DNA from: an uncultured delta proteobacterium
GTDB taxonomy: Bacteria > Desulfobacterota > Binatia > Binatales > Binataceae
Length of the DNA stretch: 64,000 nucleotides
Assembly: GCA_963711565.1 (NCBI GenBank)
Contig: CAVQEQ010000004.1
Location: 1,472,001 to 1,536,000, forward strand
Direction of reading: 5' to 3'
Below, in pieces: positions 50,029 to 60,219 of this stretch (position 1 is its first letter; each line of letters begins with the position of its first letter). A program made the translations under genes and the position numbers. The notes under the pieces are model-generated. The model was given only the letters and a program-made list of their open reading frames with translations. It searched no databases and was not told where the DNA came from.

Positions 50029-51474
50029 ATGGCGACGCCGATTCCGATCAATCAGTGCGAGTTCACGCTCGCCGAAATTGTCGAGGCGGCCCGCGGTACT
50101 CTCGTCCGCGGCACCTCGTCGGGGGGCGCGCGCAAGATCTGCGGCGTCAGCATCGACACGCGCTCGATCGAGCCGGGAGCGATCTTCGTCGCGTTGCAGG
50201 GAGCGGCGTCCGACGGCCACGACTATATTCCACAAGCCGCCGCGCGAGGCGCCGTGGCAGCGATCGTCGCGACCGGCCACCATCATCCTGCGCTCGATTG
50301 CATCGAGGTCGACGACACGCTCACCGCATTGGGCCGCCTCGCGCGACGCCATCTCGCGCGCACGCGCGCAAGTCGTGCACTTCCGCTCATCGCAATCGGC
50401 GGTGCGGTCGGCAAGACCACGACCAAGGAACTCACCGCCGCCGTCGTTCGCGCGCTGTTTGGCGCCACGCTTGCGACGCCGGGCAATCTGAACAATCTGA
50501 TCGGCGTGCCGATGACGATTTTCACCCTTGCCGGCGAGCATCGCGCAGCTGTCCTCGAATGCGGCACCAACACGCGCGGCGAGATTCCGAAGCTCGCGCA
50601 AATCGTCGAGCCGGACGTCGCGATGGTTCTCAACGTCGACCTCGAACACAGCGAAGGCCTTGGCACGCTCGACGATATCGCTGACGAAGAAGCCGCGCTG
50701 TTCTCGACCGCCACGCGCTGTGCGGTTGCGTCCGCCGACGAGCCGATGGTGCTGTCGCGGATTCCGAAACATCTGCGCCAAATCAGATTTGGCAAATCGG
50801 CCAACGCTCACGTGCGGCTCGTCAGTCGCAGCGCCGGCGCCCGCTCGCGTATCCGCGTCGAGCTCGCACGCGACATTGTCGCGGCCGGATGCGAGCCCTT
50901 CATCGAAACTGAAATCGCGCTGCTGGGCGAGGCCGCCGCTCTCAACTGCACCGCCGCGATCGCCGGGGTCGCTGCGATGCGGGCGGCACCGCTCGAGTCG
51001 CGCGAACTCGCGGCCATCGGAGATGCGCTCGCGAGCGTCCAGCCGGTAGCCGGTCGGCTCGCCGGCAGTTCAATCAACGGCATCTTCGTGATCGACGACA
51101 CTTACAACTCGAACCCTCGCTCGATTCGAGCTGCGCTCGCGGCCGCGCGCGAAGTTGCCGACGGACTCCGCGCCCGTCTCGTGATTGCGATGGGAGATAT
51201 GCTGGAACTGGGCGAGCAGTCAGCCGCTGCGCATCAGGACGCGATTCGCGACGTTATGCTCGCGCGTCCCGCCGCATTCGTCGCAGTCGGCCCCGAAATG
51301 AACTCCGCACGAGCAGTCGTTTCCCGCGACGCGAACGCGACCGACATACTCACCGCGCCCGACAGTGTCGCGGCAGCGAAAACAGTTTCGGAGTTGGTGC
51401 GGCCGGGCGATGTGTTGCTGGTCAAAGGTTCGCGCGGAGTCGCGATGGAACGTGTTATCGAACGGCTCGCCTGA
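50029..51474 (+). CDS. murF: UDP-N-acetylmuramoyl-tripeptide--D-Ala-D-Ala ligase
   Basis: SIDTR, DGHDY, GKTTTKE, GNLNNLIGVP, IDDTYNSNP, GDMLELG, LVKGSRG. Confidence 0.92.
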   Translation: MATPIPINQCEFTLAEIVEAARGTLVRGTSSGGARKICGVSIDTRSIEPGAIFVALQGAASDGHDYIPQAAARGAVAAIVATGHHHPALDCIEVDDTLTALGRLARRHLARTRASRALPLIAIGGAVGKTTTKELTAAVVRALFGATLATPGNLNNLIGVPMTIFTLAGEHRAAVLECGTNTRGEIPKLAQIVEPDVAMVLNVDLEHSEGLGTLDDIADEEAALFSTATRCAVASADEPMVLSRIPKHLRQIRFGKSANAHVRLVSRSAGARSRIRVELARDIVAAGCEPFIETEIALLGEAAALNCTAAIAGVAAMRAAPLESRELAAIGDALASVQPVAGRLAGSSINGIFVIDDTYNSNPRSIRAALAAAREVADGLRARLVIAMGDMLELGEQSAAAHQDAIRDVMLARPAAFVAVGPEMNSARAVVSRDANATDILTAPDSVAAAKTVSELVRPGDVLLVKGSRGVAMERVIERLA

Positions 51475-51479
51475 CGCTA

Positions 51480-54131
51480 TCAATGGTCACCGATGCTGCG
51501 GCTGATTTCGAGCCAGTTGGTGCCGTCCCACTTGAGCCTCAGCACGTCGACTGAGCCGCTCGCGATGCTCGAGGTTGGCGCGGCGCCGCCGGTCCACTTG
51601 ATTGCGCCGGTTGATGTCGCCCACAACGGCCCCGCCGCTACCGCGCTGGTGATGTAGGACTCGATAGTTACGACCTGGTCCGCCACCAGCCCGGTTGTCG
51701 ACAGCGTGTAGGTGAGTCCCGTCGTTGCGGTGAACAGTTTCTGGCATGAGTTGGTTGAGAACGCGAGCGTCGTGTTGGCCGAAACCGTTCCAACGTTCGA
51801 GCAGGCTTCGATGTTCGATGCGTGGTTCAAGTACCCGACCCGGACGACGCCGCTCGCCAGCCAGTCGGTGAACTCCGTGAAGATCATCGAGTCGGGCGCG
51901 TTGCTGCCGTCACCGTTACGAAACGGGCTCGGGTCGCCGTAACTGTTCTGCATCGAGAAGATCGGCTGCGGGTTGGGCGCGTTGCCGTTGCTGATTCCGC
52001 AAACCGTGGTACCGCCGCCGCAGACCCAGGAGCTCTTGATTGCGGTCGGCCGATTCAACTGCATCAGGAATCCGTTGGGCCCCGGAGCGCCGGCGATTCG
52101 AGTCGCATCGATGATGAAGTTGGAACCGACGTTGTTGGTGTCGAAGATGAAGTATTGCGCGTCCTCGCTGGTCACGCCGGAGAACATCATGTTGCCGTCG
52201 GCGCCGCCGCCGAAGCGATCGACGGTCCACGCCTCGATCTTGTTCTGCTCGAAGTCGGTGCCGTAAATTTCGAGCTGGCCGACGAAGTCCGACATGATCG
52301 CAACGTCGTGGCCCTGGATCAGGCCGCCGCGGATCTCCTCGTTGTAGGTCTGGCCGGCGCCGCCGAAGAAGTAGCCCCACATGCCACCCTGCCCGTTCGA
52401 TGGATTCGAGATCTGCACGTCGTGAAAACTCAGGTTCTGGACGTTGCCGGCGGATTGATTCGCGACGCGAATGCCGATGCCCGCGCGGCCAAGGGCCAGC
52501 CGCTCGAAAGTATCGTGCTGGGTCGCGAGGCCGTCGCCACCGCCGCCGGTCGCGTAGTTGTCCACGTCGATTATCACGCCGGCTGTGTTTCCGTTGATGC
52601 CCGAGACCGACAGCCCTGCGACTCGCGAGTCGGCCGCCTTGTTCATATTGATGACGGTGCCGCCGGTCACGCCGTGCCATTCCAGTTCGACCGGATGTCC
52701 GCCATCGCCGTTCTGCGCGCCGGTGAGCGAGAGCGTGACGCCCCAGCATCCGTAGAGATTGAGCGACTGGCCGAGCGGATAAGCGGAGGTCGCGGGAAAT
52801 TCGACGATTCCGCCGACGGTCGCGCCGGTCGCCGTGTGCGAGCAAATCGAACTTATGGCGGCGTTGATCGGGACGCTGTCGTCGTGACGCATCGTGAACG
52901 AGCCCGTCTGCGCGGGCGCTATAGACAACGTCACGCTGACGCCGTTCACGCCGGTAATTTGCGCGAACAGATCCTGCACCACGGCGCTCGAGCCAAGCGC
53001 GGTGCCGAAATCTTCATCGGTGCCGAAAGCGTGTCCGAAGTCGCGATAGGATTCGGCCGTCGCGCCCGGCGCACCGGCGTGAGGCACGACCGCGTGCAGG
53101 CTGGGCGTGCATCCGGCGCCGCTGCACGAATAGACCAGATACGCGATGTCATTCGCCGCGCCGGTCCAGCTCACCAGCAGATTGTTGTTGGTGCTGAGCG
53201 TCGCCGGTCCCGCGCTGGTCGAAACCGCCGCGGTCGGCGCCGACCATCCGCCGCCATTGCTCACGCCGACAATTTGATAGGTGTAGGAAACGTTGCATGC
53301 GCTGTTGTGCGCGGGGTTGCCGGTTTGCGAATCAACCTCGCATCCGCCGCCATTGGCCACGGACTTGGTGATATCCGAAGTCGGATTCGGATTCATGCCG
53401 TAGCTGTTCGGGACGACCGTCACGCCGGTCGGCGGATTCGCATTCGAGGCGGCGCCCGCATGATCGATCTTGATCCAATTGCCGACTTTGAAGTCGGCGA
53501 TCGAATTTACCGTGATGACGGCATTACTTGCACTGGTGGTCGCGGTCACGGTCGCGAGTGAGCCGGTCGCGCCGAACGCTCTCACGTTTTTGACGCCGTT
53601 GAGGCTGACGTTCGCGATCGCGTCGCTGCCGTCGAGCTTCGAGCCCGACAGCGTGTTGAGCTGCGCCCCGGTCTGTCCGAACGCGAGCGCGTCGCCGTTG
53701 ATTGTGCCGCTGGCCAGGTTCGAGACCTTGTTGCCGTTCGCGTTCAGAGTGGCTTCCAGAGCCGCGCCCGCGCATGCCCACTGGCCGCGAGTACCGAGAG
53801 CATAGGCGCCGTCGCCACCGCTCACGCACGGCGTCGCGCTCCTGCAATTCTCGCAGTAGAGGAGCATCCCGTCCTGCTCGCGCGGCAGATTGGCAAAGGT
53901 CGGAGTGGTTATCGAAGGCGCGATCGGCTGGGCGCCGGAAAATCGCTCGTTGATAGCCTCGCGGAACTGCAAGCCCGCGCCGACGCCGGTGAAGTTGGGA
54001 ATCGGCTGATACGATCCCGGCGGCGGAAGATTCTGTGCCGATGCCCCCGCGCTCAGGACGAGCAAGATCATCGCGGTGATCGTCATGCGCGGAATCGCCG
54101 GCAAAGTCTTTCTCTTCGATTTCTTCATCAT
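51480..54131 (-). CDS. Large tailspike/adhesin-like beta-helix protein with N-terminal signal peptide
   Basis: MKKSKRK..ILLVLSAGASA-Q; NVRAFGATG and DDSVPINAAI pectate-lyase-like motifs; Gly/Asn-rich coils; C-terminal IKWTGGAAPT..VDVL..WDGTNW fibre-like module. Confidence 0.7.
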   Translation of the reverse strand: MMKKSKRKTLPAIPRMTITAMILLVLSAGASAQNLPPPGSYQPIPNFTGVGAGLQFREAINERFSGAQPIAPSITTPTFANLPREQDGMLLYCENCRSATPCVSGGDGAYALGTRGQWACAGAALEATLNANGNKVSNLASGTINGDALAFGQTGAQLNTLSGSKLDGSDAIANVSLNGVKNVRAFGATGSLATVTATTSASNAVITVNSIADFKVGNWIKIDHAGAASNANPPTGVTVVPNSYGMNPNPTSDITKSVANGGGCEVDSQTGNPAHNSACNVSYTYQIVGVSNGGGWSAPTAAVSTSAGPATLSTNNNLLVSWTGAANDIAYLVYSCSGAGCTPSLHAVVPHAGAPGATAESYRDFGHAFGTDEDFGTALGSSAVVQDLFAQITGVNGVSVTLSIAPAQTGSFTMRHDDSVPINAAISSICSHTATGATVGGIVEFPATSAYPLGQSLNLYGCWGVTLSLTGAQNGDGGHPVELEWHGVTGGTVINMNKAADSRVAGLSVSGINGNTAGVIIDVDNYATGGGGDGLATQHDTFERLALGRAGIGIRVANQSAGNVQNLSFHDVQISNPSNGQGGMWGYFFGGAGQTYNEEIRGGLIQGHDVAIMSDFVGQLEIYGTDFEQNKIEAWTVDRFGGGADGNMMFSGVTSEDAQYFIFDTNNVGSNFIIDATRIAGAPGPNGFLMQLNRPTAIKSSWVCGGGTTVCGISNGNAPNPQPIFSMQNSYGDPSPFRNGDGSNAPDSMIFTEFTDWLASGVVRVGYLNHASNIEACSNVGTVSANTTLAFSTNSCQKLFTATTGLTYTLSTTGLVADQVVTIESYITSAVAAGPLWATSTGAIKWTGGAAPTSSIASGSVDVLRLKWDGTNWLEISRSIGDH

Positions 54132-54153
54132 CGATCGCTCGTCGCCGACAATC

Positions 54154-54715
54154 TCAGAATCCAATTGCCATCCAGTAAAAGCCATCGTTCGGTGCCTGGC
54201 CGCCCTCGCCGCCGATCAAGTCTGAGCGAAAGGTTCCCGCGGTGGTTGTGAAACTGACTATATCGATTATCAACTTGCCGGTGTTGTTCAGCGCGCGCGA
54301 GTTCGACAGCGTCGCCATCGACCATACGCATGCGTTGGGAAAAGCCTTCGGCCACGTCACTGCATAGCTGGTATCGTCGGCGAGCCCGCCGCCCGGAAAC
54401 ATCGCGCCCCACTGGACGATCGCCACGATCGAGCCGCGATTGATGTCGGCGAGCGGAATAGCCAGGTAGCCGTTTGCACCCATCGCGCCGGCAAAGTTCG
54501 TCATGAACGCCTGCAACACGCCGATGTTCGCGATGTTGACGTTCCTGGCGCTGTTTCAGGAACGCGGTGCGATTAGCCAGTTGCTGATGCGGTTGATTCG
54601 AGACGCCGGTGCCGCTGAAACTCGCGCCGGTGGCGGCGCCTTCGACCGGATCGGTCGCCTGAATCTGGTAAACCTCATTCGAGGTGAACTCTGCTGCGTC
54701 GATTAGTGTAGCCAT
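54154..54715 (-). CDS. Short tail fibre-like protein (gp53-like C-terminus), +1 frameshift at ~54542
   Basis: N-terminus VYQIQATDPVEG..GVSNQPHQQLANRTAFLK; C-terminus in another frame NGY..P..IVQWG..VTWPKAFPNAC..YWMAIGF. Confidence 0.72.
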
Positions 54716-54723
54716 TGACTACC

Positions 54724-55188
54724 TCAGAAGGTAAGCGTCCACGTACCGCTAATACTCATTCCCGCGCCAAATACTATTGGTGCAATAGTCTTGCGCGCGA
54801 GCATCGGGGTCGGCGCAGTCGTTCCCGGCAACACGGCGCTCGCTTGATTCGCGAAGATCGCGAGCTCCTGGATTGTGATCCCCTGCGCGCCGGTGTCGGC
54901 CGTCGTCAGCGACCAGTTGAGCGTCAAGCCGCCGTTGCCGTCCTCGCTGTGGCCGTCGAGCGCCTTGTAATATGCGGGCGCGGTCAGCGCAGTGTCGGTA
55001 ATCGTCGGCGCATTCGAGCCGGTGCCGAAGCCCACCGCCGCCGCGAATTCGCCCGCGGTATCGCCGCCGAGCAGGGCAGCCAGCGCGGGCAGCCCGGCGT
55101 TGACGAAAAGGTTGCGGCCTTCGTATTCCCACGCGACGCGGCCTCGATCGACAAGACGGATTCGCACGATTCCAATCGGCCTTCTCAT
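54724..55188 (-). CDS. Phage tail collar/fibre-attachment-like protein
   Basis: NLFVNAG, GFGTG..APT.TDTAL, IQELAIF, MLARK; position after gpI. Confidence 0.6.
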   Translation of the reverse strand: MRRPIGIVRIRLVDRGRVAWEYEGRNLFVNAGLPALAALLGGDTAGEFAAAVGFGTGSNAPTITDTALTAPAYYKALDGHSEDGNGGLTLNWSLTTADTGAQGITIQELAIFANQASAVLPGTTAPTPMLARKTIAPIVFGAGMSISGTWTLTF

Positions 55189-55189
55189 T

Positions 55190-56053
55190 TTAACCTCCGT
55201 GCAAGACTGCTGCGCCGTTGACGATCAGCGCCGAGTCCGCAACCGCGGGTTCGTTGACGCCGTAAGTAATCCCGCTATGCAGATAGTGACCGTCGTAAGC
55301 GGGGACAATCGGACCGTACGCATCGGTCGAGGAGCCCGTCGCGATCGTAAATGCGAGAGCGTTGTCATTGGGCGCGCGCGCCGCGTCGAGCTGGTACTCG
55401 ACGGTTCCGCCGAGCGTCAAACTGTCCGCGGGCACGGGCCCCGCGTCGGAAATCGCGGGCACCGCGAACCATAGCGAGTCGAGCCACGCTCGCGCCGGCT
55501 TGAAGAAATTAACCGCGGCCACGGCAGTGGACGCCGCACCGATTGAAACGCCCTGCCCCGCCGCGAGATCGATCATCACCCGAAACGCAGCCCATCCCTG
55601 GCTCGACGGATACGCATCGCCGCCCCAGCTCGTCTGACCTTCGAGCAGCGTGACCTGCGTCCATCCGAGCGAGCCGAGCGCATTCTTGATCGCCGACGGC
55701 GTGCCGCGAAATCGATGGAGCCCGATCGCGTTCTGGAGCAGCTCGCGCTGCGCCGCTTCGGTGAGAGCCAGCTCCGTGACCTGACCGCCGGATTCGATCA
55801 GATTGTCGACGTCGATTAGCAAATCGATGTTGGTGAGCGCGTCAACGCCGAGCGCGACCGGCGCGATCAACTGCCAGAGAGGAGACAGGATATCGAACTG
55901 CCACGCGAGGAAGGGCAAGGCGCCGGCGATCACCGAGTCGATGCGGTAAACCAGCAGCGTCGTAAGATCGAGCGCCGCGAGCCGCGCGATCAACACCAGC
56001 AGCGCCTGCGTGCGCGTATCGTCGATCGAAGGCGCGGCCGAAAGCTCGGGCAT
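55190..56053 (-). CDS. Phage tail protein I (P2 gpI-like baseplate wedge)
   Basis: LPFLAWQF, QRELL..AI.LHRFRGTP.AIK.AL, FKPAR; TGATG coupling to gpJ. Confidence 0.85.
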   Translation of the reverse strand: MPELSAAPSIDDTRTQALLVLIARLAALDLTTLLVYRIDSVIAGALPFLAWQFDILSPLWQLIAPVALGVDALTNIDLLIDVDNLIESGGQVTELALTEAAQRELLQNAIGLHRFRGTPSAIKNALGSLGWTQVTLLEGQTSWGGDAYPSSQGWAAFRVMIDLAAGQGVSIGAASTAVAAVNFFKPARAWLDSLWFAVPAISDAGPVPADSLTLGGTVEYQLDAARAPNDNALAFTIATGSSTDAYGPIVPAYDGHYLHSGITYGVNEPAVADSALIVNGAAVLHGG

Positions 56054-57225
56054 CAGCTGTGCTCCTTGCTGAACGCGGTCGTCAGCGAGATCATCGTGCA
56101 GTTCGCCCATTGGCCAGCCGTGAGAGGAGTCAGCGTCGGCGAGGTGAGCGTCACGCCATAGACGCCGGCGACGGACAGCGCCGCGATTATCTGGCTCGGC
56201 ACGATGTCGCGCTGAATCTTGGCGGCGAGCTCGAGCGCGAGCTCCTGCGCGGCGGTGGTCGCGGCGGTGATCGTCGTTGTTGGGTCGGCATCCGAGTAGA
56301 GCGTCACGGTGGCGGTTATCTGGTAGTCCACCTCGGTCACGGCGAGGACGTTCACGGTGTCGGTGAGCGGACGCACCGTATCGGCATTCAGAACGGCGGC
56401 AACTTTCGCAAGCAGCGCGGAGTTCGCGACTCCAGCGCTGTTGGGCGCGGGCGCGGGCTGTTGCGTCAGCGGTCCGGTCAGCACGTACACGTTGACCGAG
56501 CCGGGGGCGGGACTGACAATTTGCGCGTCGGCGATCGAGGGGTCGGCGCCCATTGCGAAGAAGCGGTATGCGCCGATCGGTCCCGCGACGCTGAACTGAT
56601 TCGGCGCGGCCTGGATGCGCGCGCGGAGATGAGCGTCGGTCTCGGGAGCGGAGCCGCCGGTGGTCGTGCTGGAGTTGGTCACGCTCGCAATCAGGGCGTT
56701 CGGATTGAGCTGGACGCTCACCTGACCCGCGAGATATCCGTTCGCAGCCGCTCCTGGAGCGGTTGCCGTCGCAGCGACAGTCCCGGTGGTTCCGCCGGCC
56801 GCGATGCTGATCGTAGCGCTCGTCGCGAAAGCAAACTGCCCATCGTTGGTGCCGACCAGGGTTCCTGCGGCGATCGTGAACGGCACCGTCAGCGCGGCGG
56901 TCAGCGTGAATTGAAGGGTCGTGACCGCGGGCTGCGACGCGAGCCGCGTGACGCTCAGCAGTTGACCGAGATAATCGAGCATCGGGAAGGACGCGAAGGC
57001 GAGCAGATTCTGCTGAGCGGCATACTGGATTGCGTCGCGCACCAGAGATTCGCGGTACGCGTACAGATTGATCAGAAGGCGCTCGACCTGCGCCGGATAC
57101 AGCGTCCGGTCGGCAGCCGCCTCGAACTCGGCGATCATGTCGGCGAGAATTAAATTCGGATCGAGACCATCGGCGTCGTCAACGAACACCGGCGGCGGCA
57201 GCGACGGAATTCCTGCACTCATCAA
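56053..57225 (-). CDS. Baseplate J/gp47 protein
   Basis: AYRE, NLLAFA, GGSAPETDAHLRARI, SVAGP.GAY.FFA, VRPLTD.V. Confidence 0.92.
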   Translation of the reverse strand: MMSAGIPSLPPPVFVDDADGLDPNLILADMIAEFEAAADRTLYPAQVERLLINLYAYRESLVRDAIQYAAQQNLLAFASFPMLDYLGQLLSVTRLASQPAVTTLQFTLTAALTVPFTIAAGTLVGTNDGQFAFATSATISIAAGGTTGTVAATATAPGAAANGYLAGQVSVQLNPNALIASVTNSSTTTGGSAPETDAHLRARIQAAPNQFSVAGPIGAYRFFAMGADPSIADAQIVSPAPGSVNVYVLTGPLTQQPAPAPNSAGVANSALLAKVAAVLNADTVRPLTDTVNVLAVTEVDYQITATVTLYSDADPTTTITAATTAAQELALELAAKIQRDIVPSQIIAALSVAGVYGVTLTSPTLTPLTAGQWANCTMISLTTAFSKEHS

Positions 57226-57258
57226 CTTATCCTTTCATCGCGGTCGGCGCGGCGCGCA

Positions 57259-57675
57259 CTAGACCGTCGCTCCCGGTACTGACACTGTCGTGGTCTGAAC
57301 GGGACTCGCGGCGGCGCCGAGATTGAGCTGCCAGTTGAGCGTGACGTCGAGATGCGCGCCAGACTGCGAGCTGCCGTCGAGCACGGGTTGCGCGGTCACT
57401 GAAACGAGATTCACGCGCGGCTCCCACGTCGTGATCGCGGAGGTGAGTTCGCTGACGATCGCGGGCAACGCCTGGCTGATCGGAAAATCGATGTAACGCC
57501 AGATATCCGCGCCAAAGGTCGGACGCAAGGGATCGCTGCCCTGCGGCGTCGTCACGATAATCCCGAGGCATTGCTCAACGTCGGCGATTCCCTGCACAAC
57601 CTCACCGATGGCTCCCAGAGCCAACGACCAATCGACCGAAGTGATATCCGCAAGCGTGATTGCTCCCGCCGGCAT
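57259..57675 (-). CDS. Baseplate gpW/gp25 protein
   Basis: I.TTPQGSDPLRPTFG, AI..WEPRV. Confidence 0.9.
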   Translation of the reverse strand: MPAGAITLADITSVDWSLALGAIGEVVQGIADVEQCLGIIVTTPQGSDPLRPTFGADIWRYIDFPISQALPAIVSELTSAITTWEPRVNLVSVTAQPVLDGSSQSGAHLDVTLNWQLNLGAAASPVQTTTVSVPGATV

Positions 57676-57677
57676 GG

Positions 57678-58370
57678 TCAGCCCGCCAGCACGTCGGTGC
57701 TTGCCGTCACGATCGTTCCGGTCTGCTCGCCGACCTGAACCTGATCGCCGAGCCGGGCGACACCAGCCAACGCGCCGTTGCCGAGCTGGATTAGTCCCGC
57801 GCTTCTAATTGTGACGTTGCCGTTCGAGTCGATCTGAATCTGCGCGCCGTTCGCGGTAAGATTGAATACGCCGCCCTGGGGCAGACTCACGCTCAACACA
57901 TGTTCGATGCCGTCGTACTTGAGCTCAGCCTGATCCTGAAATCTCAGATCGAGGAGATGAGTCAGAGCATCGTACTGGAGCTGCGTCGTATCCTGGAAAA
58001 ACAGATTGAGGAGATGCGCGACGCGATCGTAGTCAAAGTTCGCGCCGTCCTTGAACGCGATATGGAACTTGTCGGCGCTGTTCACCGGCGGCACGTCAGC
58101 GGCGGAATAAATCGCGCCGAGCACCGCGCCGGCCTCGTCGCGCAAATCCATCAGGCAGACGACCTGCTCGCCGATGTCGGGAATCCAGTAGAACTTGTCG
58201 TCCTGCGTCTTCGCGAAAATCACCGGCAGCCACCAGCTGATCATCTCGTCGTAATCTGGAAACACCACGCGCACCTTCGCGTGCACCGTGTCCTGGGCCT
58301 GGACGATGCCGACGCGGAAGGTGGGATTCAGCGAAGCAAATCGCTCGCGGTATTCGATTATGTCGTTCAT
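57678..58370 (-). CDS. Baseplate spike protein V
   Basis: RVGIV, KVRV.F, SWWLPV, WIPDIGEQVVCL, GAVLGAIYS. Confidence 0.9.
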   Translation of the reverse strand: MNDIIEYRERFASLNPTFRVGIVQAQDTVHAKVRVVFPDYDEMISWWLPVIFAKTQDDKFYWIPDIGEQVVCLMDLRDEAGAVLGAIYSAADVPPVNSADKFHIAFKDGANFDYDRVAHLLNLFFQDTTQLQYDALTHLLDLRFQDQAELKYDGIEHVLSVSLPQGGVFNLTANGAQIQIDSNGNVTIRSAGLIQLGNGALAGVARLGDQVQVGEQTGTIVTASTDVLAG

Positions 58371-59383
58371 GCGCTAACCCTTCGCGCGGCAATCGCAGTT
58401 GTATATCCAGTCGCGCGCGCCAGATGATGCTTCGCAGTCTCGACTAGATATGCTCCGTCCAGCGCGCCCCATCCACTGAGTAGTACATTGTTGCCGGCCA
58501 CCAGCACTGTATTCCCGGGCCCCTCAATCGAAGCGTCCACGAACACCATGTTGTGCAGATGAAGCAACGCTTCGGCCTTCACTTGCGCCTGCTGCGCGTT
58601 TTCGCAGCGCGCCACGATTTTGAGCGTATCGCCGGTCGGCGAAGGTTGGTCCGCGGGCACCGACTGAGTAATCAGTTCTTTCGTGTCGGGATCGAAGTAA
58701 GAGAACTCCGCGCCGTCGTAGATTCGACGCGCCCGGTTCCGAAATGAGAATCGAATAGTATTCGATCGAGTAATCGTTACTGCGGCCGGAACCGACTCAA
58801 GCGCCGGCCGTTCGTAAAATACCAACTGCCCGGCGCGTACTGTGAAATCGAAGTTGTGTTCTCGCGCGAGACGTTTTAGAAATTCCAAGTCCATCTGCCG
58901 CCGTTGAGTGACACGCGCAAATACGACATCGCTCTCGGATTCGGATGACGCCGTGACGAGTGTCAGACCGTACTTGCCGGCGATTTGCGCGGCTATTTCC
59001 ACGATGCCCATGTTCTCGTACGCCATAGTATTTGCCGTGCGCATCGCGGGTGTGATGTAGGCGGCGAGGCAGCGGATTCGCATCACGTCGGGCGGCCCGT
59101 CCAACTCCAGTTCGTCGATCTGAAAGTCGCCGCAATCCAGCAACGGCTGACCGCTGTACCCAATTTGTAGACTCACTGCATCGCCGAGCGCGGGATACCA
59201 GGGCCCCTGCCACAGCTTCATCGAGTCTTCGAGTTCCACTTCCAGCTCACCTGAAGCGCCGTCAAGGCGATCGACATATCTGATCGCCAGAACCATCTGC
59301 GAGACGTCCGAAGTAATGTTCACGCCCGAATAAGTGAGTATCCATTGAGGTGAGAGAACTGTATAAGACGCGGTTGCAGTCAT
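58367..59383 (-). CDS. Late control D / baseplate hub protein
   Basis: YVDRLDG.SGEL, G.FQIDE, RVTQ..Q.DLEFLKRLA, G.YLVE...H. Confidence 0.9.
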   Translation of the reverse strand: MTATASYTVLSPQWILTYSGVNITSDVSQMVLAIRYVDRLDGASGELEVELEDSMKLWQGPWYPALGDAVSLQIGYSGQPLLDCGDFQIDELELDGPPDVMRIRCLAAYITPAMRTANTMAYENMGIVEIAAQIAGKYGLTLVTASSESESDVVFARVTQRRQMDLEFLKRLAREHNFDFTVRAGQLVFYERPALESVPAAVTITRSNTIRFSFRNRARRIYDGAEFSYFDPDTKELITQSVPADQPSPTGDTLKIVARCENAQQAQVKAEALLHLHNMVFVDASIEGPGNTVLVAGNNVLLSGWGALDGAYLVETAKHHLARATGYTTAIAARRVSA

Positions 59384-59625
59384 TAGTCACTCGCAATTTG
59401 AGATACTTTCCAGGGTGGCAAGCTGGCGATAGCCACGTCGCTCTTCTGCTGGAGCGGTATGGCTATTGACAGTCCGGCGTCGAATACCGGTTCAATAGGC
59501 ACAGTTGGATTAGCCATTATGATCGGCAAATAGTCAGTCGGATCGCCGTAGTATTGCCACGCGAGCAGGTCCCAGCGTTCGCCGGCGGTCGTAATGTGAA
59601 CGATGGACTCTGAGCACGATGTCAT
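59383..59625 (-). CDS. Tail protein X (LysM-like)
   Basis: T.AGERWDLLAWQYYG, IIMANP, LPPW. Confidence 0.88.
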   Translation of the reverse strand: MTSCSESIVHITTAGERWDLLAWQYYGDPTDYLPIIMANPTVPIEPVFDAGLSIAIPLQQKSDVAIASLPPWKVSQIASD

Positions 59626-60209
59626 CGCGCAACGCTCCTCACGATCGCGGCGGCAGGCACGTCATCGGCCTCAAGATTGGGACCGCTTGCTCCCGTCGCC
59701 GGCTGCGTACTGAGTAATACCGACACACCTGGCGTGAGCCCGTTCGCGCCGCTGCTCCCCGACTGCTGCGACGCCATCCTGATTCCAATCGGCGATACTG
59801 CGTTCGCCGTCAGTGCGCTGGAAAGCAGCAGCGAGTCCGCTATCCATTCCTTGAGTGCAAGCGCGACCCGAATCGCGATCGGCGTCCCGCTCGCCGACAG
59901 TTGCTGCGATTTTACCTTGATCGATTCGATCACAAAGAACCCGCGGAGACTGCCGTTGCCGAACACCAGCGGCAGTGCAAGATGCTCCGCGGCCGACGCG
60001 CGCAATAGCGCCAGTTGCGTGGCGGGATTCGTGAACGACGCGTGCCAGGTTAGCTCGAAATTTAGCCGCTCGAGATCATCGCCGACCCACTGCAGCTGCG
60101 GTTTGCTATCGAGAACTTTCTGCTCGGCGAAATCGTACGCGCCCGCGGACTCGTAAGCTTCCGGAGAGCCGACCACTTCGAACTGAATATCGCCTAATGC
60201 TGCGAACAA
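59622..60209 (-). CDS. P2 GpU-like tail tube initiator
   Basis: FAALGDIQF, AE......KP.LQWVG, PLVFGNG...G.FVI, LKEW. Confidence 0.87.
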   Translation of the reverse strand: MFAALGDIQFEVVGSPEAYESAGAYDFAEQKVLDSKPQLQWVGDDLERLNFELTWHASFTNPATQLALLRASAAEHLALPLVFGNGSLRGFFVIESIKVKSQQLSASGTPIAIRVALALKEWIADSLLLSSALTANAVSPIGIRMASQQSGSSGANGLTPGVSVLLSTQPATGASGPNLEADDVPAAAIVRSVAR

Positions 60210-60219
60210 GCGATCCCCC

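Noticed and set aside
54520-54560. Programmed frameshift in the tail fibre gene
   Set aside because: No slippery heptamer or homopolymer at the junction; a single-base insertion is simpler.
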